NCBI RefSeq assembly: GCF_009914755.1
Contig: NC_060927.1
Length of the DNA: 64,000 nt
From: the human T2T-CHM13v2.0 reference genome, Homo sapiens
Reading direction: 5' to 3' (one strand)
Position 1 is the first letter of the stretch; each line of letters starts with the position of its first letter. Below, piece by piece: positions 31,116-44,466 of the stretch. Made by a program: the position numbers and the translations under genes. The notes under the pieces were generated by a model. The model did not search any database. It saw only the letters and a program-made list of their open reading frames with translations, and had not been told where the DNA came from.

Positions 31116-32283
31116 TAACCTAGCAATCTTGTGCCGGTATTCTTCAGGGCCTATTAACTACACAGCTCCTCAAATGCTCTTTGAACCACTTTAGCTTCCT
31201 ACTGGTTCCCTCATTAACGAGTTAAATACATCTTTGCCATGTACTCATTTTATATTTGTATGAGTCATGTTTAAAACTTTTTAAAAATTATCTATTGACA
31301 AGAAAAACATAAGAAAAGAAGATCTAGTTTGTAGCATAGCATGAGAGTAAAACATATACATAAACATTTATATTTTAGGTTAAAAATGGTAGTGTGGAAG
31401 ACAGCTATTGACAGTGGCTGAAGCGTAGGGAATTTTAAACATGGCTTTTAGCTTAGTTTATAACTAGGTTTTCTGTTTATTGCCAGGAATATAAATCCTT
31501 GACAATTATCTGAAAGAATGGGGAAAAGGAAACGATCCATTAGAAGGTATCTGGAAACATGATCCAGTAGTTGTAGTTGTATCTCTGTGACAACAGAGTT
31601 CGGTGGGATCAGTAGACCAAAAGATCAGCATTCCAGTCCCAGGAATGCCTCTGTAATACTAGGAGAGTCACCTCCCTCTGAAAGCTAGTTTCTAGCTCCA
31701 AAGATACATAACTATTAAATAGTTCCCTGATCTGAGGCTTAAATCACCTTCATTCTGGCTTCCTTGATTCCCCTTTAGAGACATCTCACTGCCAGAAACA
31801 GGGGAGTCTTTTAGTCAATTTAAAATAAAAAAATAAGTTCTATTAATAGTGGTGTTGCTGCCTGAAGGCAACCATCAAATCTAGATCAAATCTCACAACC
31901 CTCTCAAGCTTGATCTGTTTCTATGGTTGACTCTCAGCATCTGAGGCTCCTTGTCACAGCAAAGTAGGTGAACATGAGTCAAAACCAGTTAGATTCACAC
32001 ACATGAAAAGCCATGTCCGAAGCCCTTGGCATGGGCGTATATCAGATGGGACATTCCCCTACCTTTCAAAGTTAGGGTCCAGTGTTGACGTGGTGATGTA
32101 AAACTGCATTTTCCTGCATTTCCTTCATTACTATTGTTTACATTCTAAACCTATCATTCCTTAACTTCTCCACCATTCAAACATTGTAAATCATTCTTTA
32201 ATTCTGCACTAATCCTCTCTCCCTTTTAACTATATGGCAACTGAAATTGAAGTGAACTTCAATAGTGTTGGAGACTCAGGTAG

Positions 32284-32598
<315 letters not shown>

Positions 32599-33896
32599 AG
32601 AGGTGCATGTCTTGTTCCATCCTGATCAAAGTCAAACAGAAAATCTGAGGCTGAATGGAGCCTCTTTTTCTCTATTCACATGCACACATGTGTACAACTG
32701 TCCCCTTTCCACGCCTGCCTTCCTCATGACACCCACCACAGCACCCTACACATAAGAGGAGCCCAATAAATATCTGAATACGTGGACAAATCCATGAATC
32801 ACTCAGGAAAGGACAGAGTGTCATTCCTATTCTACAGAGGTAAAATCTGATACAAAAAGATTTAGTGTCATGCAAGAGCCAGGAAGCAATTCTTCTGCTA
32901 CATCTGGCACAATTCAGACCCTTAAAAGATAATTATATATGTTTCTGGAAGATTAGAGATATTTGAGAATTGAGGTAAGAGCAATAAATATGACTAAGAG
33001 GACAAAAATTGGTTCTGTGAGGGAAATGAAATCATAATAGCAAGGGTTAGACTAAAGACAGACTTCAAGCTATCTTCAGATACCGGATGTGACTACATTG
33101 TAAGCCCAATTTAATTACTAACAATAAAACATCCACAACTAAGAGATCTTGATATAGACAACCTGCATAAATTGCACATTATTTAAACTCTTGGCAAGAT
33201 AAATTCTATCATTTCTGTCAACGTGGCTTAATTAACAATATTTCTGCTCTCCACTCCCACGACATGCTCTTTGATTTAAAATCCCAAATCTTCTCCATTG
33301 CCAGAAAGTACATCTACAGTGATGGGTTTCAGTCCTCTACTCATGAATAAATATCAAATTTGTGACCTTTATCACACCCTCTAGGCAAGGATTATTATAA
33401 TGAGAACTGATCAGTTGCCTCCACATGCACAGCAGGAAAACTCCGAAGTGGGGAGTTTTCCTACAGCCTACGGGAAAAGGTAATTAAACACACAACAGTC
33501 CTCTAAGAAGCTCCAAGAAGCTCCTTCTCAATCATCTTTAAAACCACCATTCGTCTCAGATGGCTCTGAAGTAGTGCTGCCTAGAGAGGGACAGGCACAA
33601 ATGACAGGGCAATGTGCAGGCTCTCTGAGTAGAAGATACTTTCAGGGCCACAAGGCCACAGCAAGCTGGGACTCTGCCACCTCAAATCTTCCTTGGAAGC
33701 AGGAGAACTATAAATTCCAATAAAAACAAAAATGACCATGGCCCACCATTATTAACTCTTTGGAACTTCACCTGAGTCTAAAGTGATGAACAGAAAGCGT
33801 ATTCAAATTTTGGACAATCCCACACACATCACAAATGGCTCTTTTTAATTATTTTCCTTACGTCTTTAAACCCCACTAGTTCAATTATTTTTATAA

Positions 33897-34189
33897 TTTT
33901 TTTTTCTTTGGAGATGAAGTCTCACTCTGTCGCCCAGGCTGCAGTACAGTGGCGCGATCTCGGCTGACTGCAACCTCCGCCTCCCGGGTTCAAGCAATTC
34001 TCTGCCTCAGCCTCCCAAGTAGCTGGGATTACAGGCGCCCACCTCCATGCCCGGCTAATTTTTGTATTTTTAGTAGAGACAGGGTTTCACCATCTCGGTC
34101 AGGCTGGTCTTGAACTCCTGACCTCGTGATCCACTCGCCTTGGCCTCCCAAAGTGCTGGGATTACAGGCGTGAGTCACCGCACCTGGTC
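33897..34189 (-). mobile_element. AluSg-type
   Basis: gacctcgtgatcc; TSD tatttttataattttt. Confidence 0.92.
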
Positions 34190-34329
34190 TATTTTTATAA
34201 TTTTTGACAAAGTCTCCATTGTTTTGTGATGAGATGGGAGTATAAATAAAAATCATACTTGCTAACATTCTTGAGTACTTGAGTTTACAAAATATTTTCA
34301 CGTACGTTGACTAGTTTTCTTAAGGTATT

Positions 34330-34720
34330 TCCCTTGTAGTATTTCCAAACACACAACAGAATTAATACCACGAGTACTCATTTATCCATCAGCCACCTTT
34401 AGCAAATCTTGACACTTTGCTACATTTCCTTCGGGCTTTTGAATAATAATTTAAAAAAGAAAGCTACAGATACAGTTATTCCATTCCACTCTGCTGTCAT
34501 TTAGAGAGATGACTACTATCCTGAAATACGAGTGTGTCACTCTAAAGCACATTTCATACTTCTACCATATGTGTGATTCATAAGCAATTTATACTATTGT
34601 TTAACATTCAATAAATGGTGTCATGTACTAGTCATTCTACAACTTGCTTTTCTAACCCTTACGTTTTTGAATTTTACCTTTGCTGGAAATATAACTCTAG
34701 TTCATTAATTCCAATTTAAT
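34330..34720 (-). mobile_element. Old L1M (L1ME-like) 3' fragment
   Basis: agagatgactactatcctgaa...gtcattctacaacttgctttt...ctctagttcatt. Confidence 0.55.
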
Positions 34721-35039
34721 TCAATTTTCACAGTACCTTTTTACCTAAAATAACGAAAGAGTAAATATCTTGCCTGATTCTAAGAAGCAATGACTAATTC
34801 AGATTCCATTCTCATCCATAAGTCCATGTTCTTCTACTGTAAAACTCTGTTTTCTGAAATTAGAAGACTGGAAATTACAAAGTCTTCATTTAAAATCCTG
34901 TCAAGCTGTAAGTTAAGGAAAGGAAAAAAAAAAAATCCCCACTTTCGCCACTGTCCCTAGATTCTTCACTATACAAACAGGGCTACCAATTCATTTCGAG
35001 AAGACGCTGAACCAAATTCTTCGGTTTCTTTGTCCACTC

Positions 35040-35605
35040 TGGGAAATGTGAACACTAACCAGACATTTGACGATATCAATGAACTTTACTTTTTAAGAGA
35101 CAAAGTCTCGTTCTGTTTCCCAGGGTGAAGTGCAGTGATGTCATCGTAGCTCACTGCAGCCTCAAACTGCTGGATTCAAGCAACCCTCTTACCTCAGCCT
35201 CCAGGACTGCAGGAACACGCCACCACACCCAACTATTGTTAACTTTTCTTGAAGAGTGAAAATGGTATGTTCAAAAGGAAAAAAGACGTTGCTTAATATT
35301 TATACAGTTTCAGTTTTACAAGATGAAAAGAGTTCTTGAAATTGATTGCACAAAAATGTGAACGTACTTAACACTACTAAACTGTACACTTAGAAACTGT
35401 GAAGATCGTAATTTTATGCTATGTGTATTTTACCACAATATTCAAAAAAAGGAAAAAGATATATTTAGGGATAAATTATACGTCTAGGTTTGATCTAAAA
35501 TAATCCACGGTGGGGTAGAGGTTACAGAAAAAACAAAGGTATATGGGGGTTCATTATACCAGTCTCTATTTTTATATGTTTGAAGTTCCAAAATAAAGTT
35601 TTAAA
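35040..35605 (+). mobile_element. L1M 3' ends (L1MC-like, with an L1MB-like piece at 35285-35445), interrupted by an Alu monomer
   Basis: tttcagttttacaagatgaaaagagttc...aatgtgaacgtacttaacactactaaactgtacactta; ggtatatgggggttcattatac. Confidence 0.65.
35090..35233 (-). mobile_element. AluJ right monomer / FRAM
   Basis: gagacaaagtctcg...gtagctcactgcagcctcaaact...ccaccacacccaac. Confidence 0.82.
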
Positions 35606-35744
35606 TAATGGCTTAGCCCAACAAAAAATATTTTTTCCCTTTACTAACAGGTTGCTTTGCTCTTACGTAAAAATAAAAAGCATCCTATTTTTTGAACGCT
35701 AGCAGCCCTAAGATCTGCTTTACCTTTTGCAGTTCTAGAAGGGA

Positions 35745-35902
35745 CACTGCTTCTCAAACTTGAATGTGCATCTGAGTCACCCTGGGACCTTGTGGAGATG
35801 CAGTTTCTCTTCAGTAAGGCTTGGGTGGGGCCTGAAATGCTGCACTTCAAACAAGCTCCCAGGTGCTGGTGCTGGTTCACGGGTCCCATACTGAGGAACA
35901 AG
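35745..35902. mobile_element. MER5A-like hAT-Charlie MITE
   Basis: cttctcaaactttgaatgtgcatctgagtcacc...ggtggggcctgaaatgctgcacttcaaacaagctcccaggtg. Confidence 0.8.
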
Positions 35903-36834
35903 GCAACAGGGGACGCGTAGGCTGCAAGCATTTGCAAGGGGAGAATCTAGCAAGGCTTTATTTAAATTGCGTATCTGGGGACTAGAAGGGCACCAACACT
36001 GCTCCTCCGTTCTGGGAAAAAGTCTCCCGGCTCCTTTGCACCCCAGCACCAGGCATCACTATCCACTTAGTGAGAACCTCTAAAATGGAGAGCATCATAC
36101 AAAAACCTCCTAGCAATCAGCTTTATTCCAGCCTTACACTTAAATCTGAACTCCTTAAATAGCCATGAAAATCTAATGCCCTGAAAGATTCTCCTCCTCA
36201 ATCTATTAAGTAATGACTAAGCCAAAGAAACACATCCAGAAGCCAAAGTGCAGAGGCCCAGGCAAGAGCTGGGAATCATTAACAAACTATAAGAAGGTTA
36301 AACGCAGTATATCTTGGAAGCTCTAGTAAATTCCATTAAAGAAATAACATTCATTAAAGCACGCGCGCTCCTAAGCAACCATCAACATCTCTGAAGAATC
36401 AAAAGAAGAATTTCTACCCATAGAAAATCTTATCCACAAAATACAGTTATTTCCTCTAATGTTTTATGGTTGTCAGGTTGACTTAACCAAAGTCTTCCGT
36501 CCTCAGAGAAATGCTCTATTATCTGGTAGACTATGAATGCCTACAGGACAGGGATTATCACTGACAATTCTTAAGCTCTTACCATATGATCATACAGCTC
36601 CCATTTATTGTGCTTTCGAGGTGAGCACGAAGCAGTTTATATGACTTATTTCACCTAAAACATTCTGTCACTAAGGTATTTTATTTATTGAGTCTTTACT
36701 CACTAAATCCCTCCCCTCTTTGCAAGTATTTTTCCTAAAATGTTAATTCTTAGCTTCTTTCAGCAGAATGATGTAAAGGAGAAGGTGCTACCCTCTTTGA
36801 CCTGTGAACTCCAGACCAAGCTATCTAGAGTCCA

Positions 36835-36871
36835 GCTCTGTCACCCAGGCTGGAGTGCAGTGGTGCGATCT
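36835..36871 (-). mobile_element. Isolated 37-bp Alu fragment, no tail or TSD
   Basis: gctctgtcacccaggctggagtgcagtggtgcgatct matches the Alu right arm with only two CpG-type changes. Confidence 0.85.
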
Positions 36872-39800
36872 GGACTCTGGTAGAGTCTAAGGGACTCTAT
36901 CATCTCTACCAGCTCAAATCATGCCCCTTATGGTTCACATATGCATGACAGGGAGCCAGCCACTGGGAGGAGCATGGAAAGAACCCACCCAAGTCCCTGC
37001 CTTCAGCAAGCACGCAATCCAGTGGAAATGTCACCAGGCAGAAGAATTAAAATCTATTTATGATGTATTCAACAAACAGATACACACACAAATATACAGT
37101 TAGTTCAGGCAGGCAGAGAAACCCTTCTGACAAAAGGGTTAAGGAGTTCTCTATTAAGATGGTTTCTCTATTAAGATGGTTTTGGGGCTGGACCTTCAAA
37201 GAGTACTTATAACACATAAAAAAGGGAAAAAATGAACTAAGACACTGAAGCATGTGAGAACAGACTGGTGAGTAGCTTGGAATGGCTGGAATGCACAGAC
37301 CCAGAGAGCAGGAGCTCTTGGCAGAAAAGAATTCAATGGGCTGCTTATTACAGGAAGTTGATTTGCTCTGAAGCTCTAACTTTGCAATTAATACTTAATT
37401 TTTACTTGATAGTGTTATTCTTTTTAAAAAGTCTTATTGTACCTAGCTCCAGCAGCATTTCCCTGAGGCTGCAGCCTCTAGGGAAATTACAAGACACTTG
37501 CCCAGGCCAGGTCCTACCTACCTCTGCTGGCCCTAGAGTTTATCACAGGAAGATTTTTTTTGTTTTTAAATGTGTAAATACAGTTTCCAGAGGCTTGTTC
37601 CAGGGTGACTCTCAAGCCCAAGCCAAAATACCTAACAAACAAGAAAAATCCATGTATGCAGAGTATAAAGATGTGAAAAGTGTTTTGTGAACTATTTCTA
37701 AAGCGTGCAACATAACAAGAAAACATTTTAACTCTTATCACTGCTGGGACTGAACTCAGTCCAATGACCTCCAACAGAAAAGAATTAAGGTCCTGAACAC
37801 CCACATCCAGAGTCAACACTTCGTTTAACAAAATAAAATAATAAAAGTGTTGCTTAGTCAGTTAGGAAAAAAAAAATCCAACGGTAGACACCAGAAATGA
37901 CTTCACTGTGAAGGACAGATTTCCAGAAATAACACATGTCTAATGCCATTTCTGAAACTACAGCTAGGCAGAAAAAACAATTCTTTTTACCTTTATTTAT
38001 TCCCAGAATAACAGAAACAAGAACCAAGAGCAACCTTTTCTTGACATCCTTCTGGTGTTTCTGGAAAAATATCTCCTTGCAATAAATAGTGGAGCATGTC
38101 CCTGCTTCCCTCACAGAACAGGTATGTAGGTCCATTTTTAGTATATAAAACTAGCTAATGGTAATATGCAAACAGAAATTCTCATCATTGTGTAGATGAT
38201 CTATTTGCACTGATCACAGATGCCAGGAGAAATTCCCAACATAAATAAAAAGACTAAGAAGGTTTTTTTCCTGGTATTTTCAAGGCAATATACTTAGGGA
38301 AATCATAATTTGAGCATATCTTGGAAACTCAAGACACCAAATAAACAAAGAGCTTGTACTTGTCCTTTAAAGAAAGCCTGGGTTTTAGAATGGGGCAGGC
38401 TTAGCTTGTAAGGTCTGATGGGGCATCAGGACAAAAGCGAAACCTGAACTTCCCACATGATAATTTTCTAGGTATAGAAAAAGTCTGATGCAATCTGTTC
38501 TGTAAGCAATGATTACAGAAAAAAAAAAAAAAATCCTACCTATAAAGTTCACAGTTGGCATACCCTGCCATTCCCGACTGTGCAGGTACAAACTCATCAA
38601 TTTTGAAAGCCATGAAGCCAAGTGATTGTGCTATCTGGTTAAAAACCTTTGAAACAAACAAATTTCGGCAAAAATGATACATGCTCTGAGGATATGGCAT
38701 TACGTCATAACGATCCTCCTCACATCCTCCATGGCAGGCGGTTATTGATATAAGATGTACGTGCTTCTCAGGAGTCCCTAAATACTAGGTCCACGCAGAG
38801 ACATGGGGAGAGGAAGAAAGAATGGTGATTTTAAATATTACTCATAAAAACTCAGTTTATCCTGCGTGGGGGAAGAAATGATAGCAACATCTCCTACCCC
38901 AGTCTAGAGTTGTATTTTTAGAGGTCATGTTCACTATTTCTTAGCGGCTTATCTCAAAGAAAAGGAATACCACGCAGGGGGAGACTTATTTAAACTACAA
39001 AACACACATCATCTTCTGACTTGTACAAAGTTCTTATAGAAGTTTTCTGGTCACATTAATTGGGTGAGTCATTTTATCTCAAACAGGTAGGTGTATTATG
39101 CAATTTTTCATGAGAAAACATAAATACAGATTTACATATGGTCACCTGAATTTTTAGACATTGCCATCTAATTCAACCATGCATTTGTAATACATTGAAG
39201 GCCGAAACAGGACAAGGCTGCAAGCCAAATTCAGACTGCAGGCAGCCGATTCATAACATCTGGATTAGAATAATTAATGTAATAGAACAAGAGCAGGAAA
39301 ATAATTAATAAATAGAACAAAATAATTAATGTAACAGAACAAGAGCAGGAAAAGCTGGTATCATAAGAGGCACTGGAAATTTGCTGTTTCCAAGCTGGTA
39401 AAAGAAAGGCAAAAGAAAGGTATTTGCAAATCCATTGCAAGAGAAGAGAGATGGTAGGAGTCCTCCCTCTGCATAACATTTTCAAGGGCTTCCCTTGCAG
39501 GCTTAGTGTGATACCAAATGAGGTTCTAGATGACACTGTTTAACATGATGCCTGGCACCTAGCAAACAGCCAATACATGTTAATGCTTTTATTACTGTTA
39601 TTAAGATAGCAAAACTTAAATGGGTCTTCCACACCAGCTACATGACCTCTGGTAAACTACTTAACATTTCTAGCTCAGTTTTCTCATCTGTAAAATGTGT
39701 CGGCACAGACCAAGCTTCAATAAATGTCAGCTGTTATTACTGGTATAGAGGTGATGGGAAGCCCTTCCCAAAAATGTGATCCATGAGAAAAGAAAAACTC

Positions 39801-40382
39801 TAAAAGCTGTGAACAAAAGGCAAAGTTTTAACAAATTACATTCCGATGGTTGATTCGACTTTAGGCCTATTATTTAACCCACCTGCACTTTTACTGCTTG
39901 GTTTGTAGAATGGAGAAAAACAAACTCATTTACTTCATAGGGTAAAATCATCTTGTACATTCTCTTGTGTCAAACAATGATTACAATTATTAGCCCAGAT
40001 ATTAAATATTAACACTTCTATTCCATGACACACACCCATGACGACCACTCACAAATTCATGTGGCACTGGCAGCTCCTTTGGCCCACACTTCAGGAATCG
40101 TGCTACATAACAACCCCCACTGCCCGTGAGGCAGGGTCCATCTTCAGCTCCCAACGTGCTTTCACACCCAGCAGGCTCACTGGTCCCCACATCCAGTGAC
40201 TGGGAGTTCAGATAATTTTGTCCCCATTTTACAGATGAGGATTTAGACACTGGGTCTTTGAATTAATAACCCAAAGCTCACCCTAGGTTATGACCTTGCC
40301 TGCCTCTAGTAGCAAATACATGCTACAGAGAAAGGCTCAGAAAAAGTCTTAATTTAGGAGTTTGCTAAACTTCAGTCATTGC

Positions 40383-40675
<293 letters not shown>

Positions 40676-41686
40676 TAGTCATTGCTTATTAATACAGCTG
40701 GTACGAGCAGACCCAGGCTAATATTATAGCAACTGAAAAGCAGAACGTAGCTCTATAATTACCCTAATGTTTCTAACAGAATTACACAAAGGGCATAGAA
40801 TTATGTACAAAAGGGGGAAAATTGTATTAGACACCTCTGAACCTTTGAAATTGTATTACTTAGAACCTTGGCAAATGAGCAGTAAGTATTTAAAGAAGAT
40901 TAAGATGAATTTTCCTTTTGGTGTCCTACTTAATTTGCACGACAATATTTGGCTTCCACAGTCAATGTAAACTGCTCAGGGCCGCCTTGGTGCCTTCCAA
41001 GACGCAGTTACATTCAGCCCAGCCAGCTGCCCAGAGCTTTTGCACCACCAAAAGCAGCAGGGGCCAAGTTACCAACCTCCCAACGCAGGTCAAAGCACCC
41101 CTGGAGTTTAATGAGTCACTCTTCTGAGAGCCACAGCCAGCGATGTGGGTTTCCCCATGTGTCAAGTGACATGACGTCTTTACTTCTTCGAATGAGAACC
41201 GAAACTGCGTTCCAAACATTTCCTTGAAATATAAATCACTGCCCTCAAACCGACCACCACTGCAAATCTCTACATCTAACCCATCATTTCAAAAGTATAG
41301 CTACCTAACACAGGTTTTGATATCAGTAAGAGGCAACTCTACTTACGGAGTCCTAAAATCACAGACCAGGAAGGGAAGCCTAATTTCCTCAATTTATAGT
41401 TGGGGAAAGTGAGGGCCAGAAAGAGGAGGTGATTAGCTGAAGATGACACAGTAAGTGACAGAAGAAGGCTGCCAACACCCCTTGACTGTATGGGAAAACA
41501 TCGCATTTCCTCAAACATCTGGGAAACATCCTTAACAATTCTCAGCACTTAGCACTTAGCCTCAGGTGGGCTTCACTGCCCATTTCTCAGGGTCCAGTCC
41601 AGGCATTCCCCCGTGTCCAAGCACTTTTCTCCCTTTCGAAACCAGTGCATGATTCCCGTCCCCCACATCTTTAAAGAGCCACCTCT

Positions 41687-41980
41687 GGCTGGGGGGTGGC
41701 TCATGTCTGTAATCTCAGCACTTTGGGAGGCCCACGGTGGGAGGATCGCTTGAGGCCAGGAGTTTGAAAACAGTCTGGGCAACATAGAGAGACCCTATCT
41801 CTACTACATATTTAAAAATTAGCTGGGTATAGTGGTCTGTGCCTATAGTCCCAGCTACTGTGGAGGCTGAGGCAAAAGGATTGTTTGAGCCCAGGAGTTA
41901 GAGGCTGCCTGAGCTATGATTGTGCCACTGCACTCCAGCCTAGGGAACAGAGACAGACTCTGTCTCTAAAAAAGAAATAA
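41687..41980 (+). mobile_element. AluJ
   Basis: ggaggatcgcttgaggccagg; TSD tttaaagagccac. Confidence 0.92.
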
Positions 41981-42043
41981 TTTAAAGAGCCACTCTTGTT
42001 TTCCCATTCTGTTCCCTGTTCAAGCTCTTCTCTCCCCAGCAAA

Positions 42044-42356
42044 TTTTTGTTGTTTTTGTTTTGTGTTGTTTTGTTTTTGAGACAGAGTCTCGCTCTGTCA
42101 CCCAGGCTGTAGTGCAGTGGCGCAATCTGGACTCAAAACGACCTCTGCCTCCTAGATACAAGCGATTCTCCTGCCTCAGCCTCAGGAGTAGCTGGGATTA
42201 TAGGCGCCCACCACCATGCCTGGCTGATTTTTTTGTATTTTTAATAGAGACGAGGCTTCACCATGTTGGACAGGCTGGTTTCAAACTCCTAACCTCAAGT
42301 GATCCACTCGCCTCGGCCTCCCAAAGTGGTAGGAGTATGAGCCACCCCACCTGGCC
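42044..42356 (-). mobile_element. AluSz/Sx-type
   Basis: Reverse Alu with acctcaagtgatcc. Confidence 0.9.
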
Positions 42357-43610
42357 TCCAATGGATTTTTGAGTAGAACGTGGTTTCCGCAGCTTTTTGC
42401 CCAATCCTGTACCTGGCTTCCCTTGAAGATAAGCACAGGGACTATTTTCACCTGAGAGGTCTTCACCTCTCATTTTAATAGGGAGGCAACAGGTAACTGG
42501 AGAAACAAACCTGAGAACATGTAAAAGCTGCCAGTCTTACAAACATTTTGCCCATGTCCATAACACAGTGTCATTTTTTTTTCTGAGAAAGCGATTGGAG
42601 TTTCCACTTTATTGCTCAAACTAGAGATGAATCTCCGTCCCTCCACCTTCCACCATTCTTTAAGAATCCTTTTGCTGCTTCCCACCCCATTCTTCCATCT
42701 CTCACCTGAGTAGCAGGTGCATGCATTCTAACTAGGGTGTGCCAATTTCACCAGGCAGCTCTCCCTCAAGGGAAACCTCCCTTTAGGCTTTTTCTCACCT
42801 CATCACAACACAAAAAGATAAGACTGATAAGAAAGACAAACATTGATAAAGAAATCTCCTCTTTGTCTGACATCTCAGAGCACATTCCCGAGCTCGTCTC
42901 ATCTAAGAGGGTTCTTTGGGCATCAAACTCATCACCAACTCTTTTTTCACTAACCCTCTCCACATAACCAGCCAGTCCTACACAGAAGCAGGAATCCGGT
43001 GGCCTGGGTTGGGGGGGAGGGGGCCAAGGGGGCCTGCTAGGGAATCACTCCATGGCTCCCGCTGCTCAAGGGGCCTGAAGGAACAGGAGTGTTTTCTTAA
43101 TACCATTCCTTCTGGTCCAGTGCTCACCTCCTTCATTTCACCAGCAGGTGCCCAACCCATGTCACCACCTTCACCCTCAAGAAGATTGGTGGAATCTTAA
43201 ATCTCACATGCAGACTTTCAAGAGGGAGTTCCATACTCCCACACCCAGACATAGTCCCCCATCATCTCCAAATCAGGTCTTTCTCAATTATATCTCTTCT
43301 GTTCTAAGTAAAAATTACTAATATAAGCATCCGTTTGAAACCTCAGCTTTATTTCAATCTGTTTCAATCACTTTAATCAAGCCAGGCAAGAGGTCCTCAA
43401 TCAATGAAGCCAACGACTCACTGCAGAGAGGCAAAGACTCTCTTCTGCTTCTGAAGGCCCACTTGGGCTTGGTTTACAGAGTGGCTGGAATAAGCACACT
43501 GTTTGGCCAATTATATACCTTTTAAAACATCCAGAAAACTATTAAAGAAAAAGAAAATTTCATTCAGTTTCCTGGAAAATCTAGCTTTTGTTTATTTATA
43601 AGACATTTAG

Positions 43611-44278
<668 letters not shown>

Positions 44279-44298
44279 CACAACCCAGCGTCCTTCGC

Positions 44299-44466
44299 CT
44301 TTTTTTGTTTCAGAGATGAGGTCTTTCTATGTTGTCCCCTGTTGTGCAGTGGCTATTCACAGGTGTGATCATAGTACACTGCAACTTCGACCTCTGGGCC
44401 ACAAGTGATCCACCCACCTCAGCCTCAAAGAAGCTGGAACAACAGGTGCATGCCACCACACCCAAC
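44299..44466 (-). mobile_element. FAM (fossil Alu monomer, 7SL-derived)
   Basis: gtgcagtggctattcacagg is the reverse of the FAM/7SL segment cctgtgaatagccactgcac. Confidence 0.85.

Noticed and set aside
41347-41352. 6-nt minus-strand microexon (ttttag|GACTCC|gtaagt)
   Set aside because: Weak pyrimidine tract and no proximal UGC enhancer motif; such matches arise by chance in 64 kb.
44299-44466. 7SL RNA gene or pseudogene
   Set aside because: Only the short FAM-type segment is present; the 7SL S-domain is missing.
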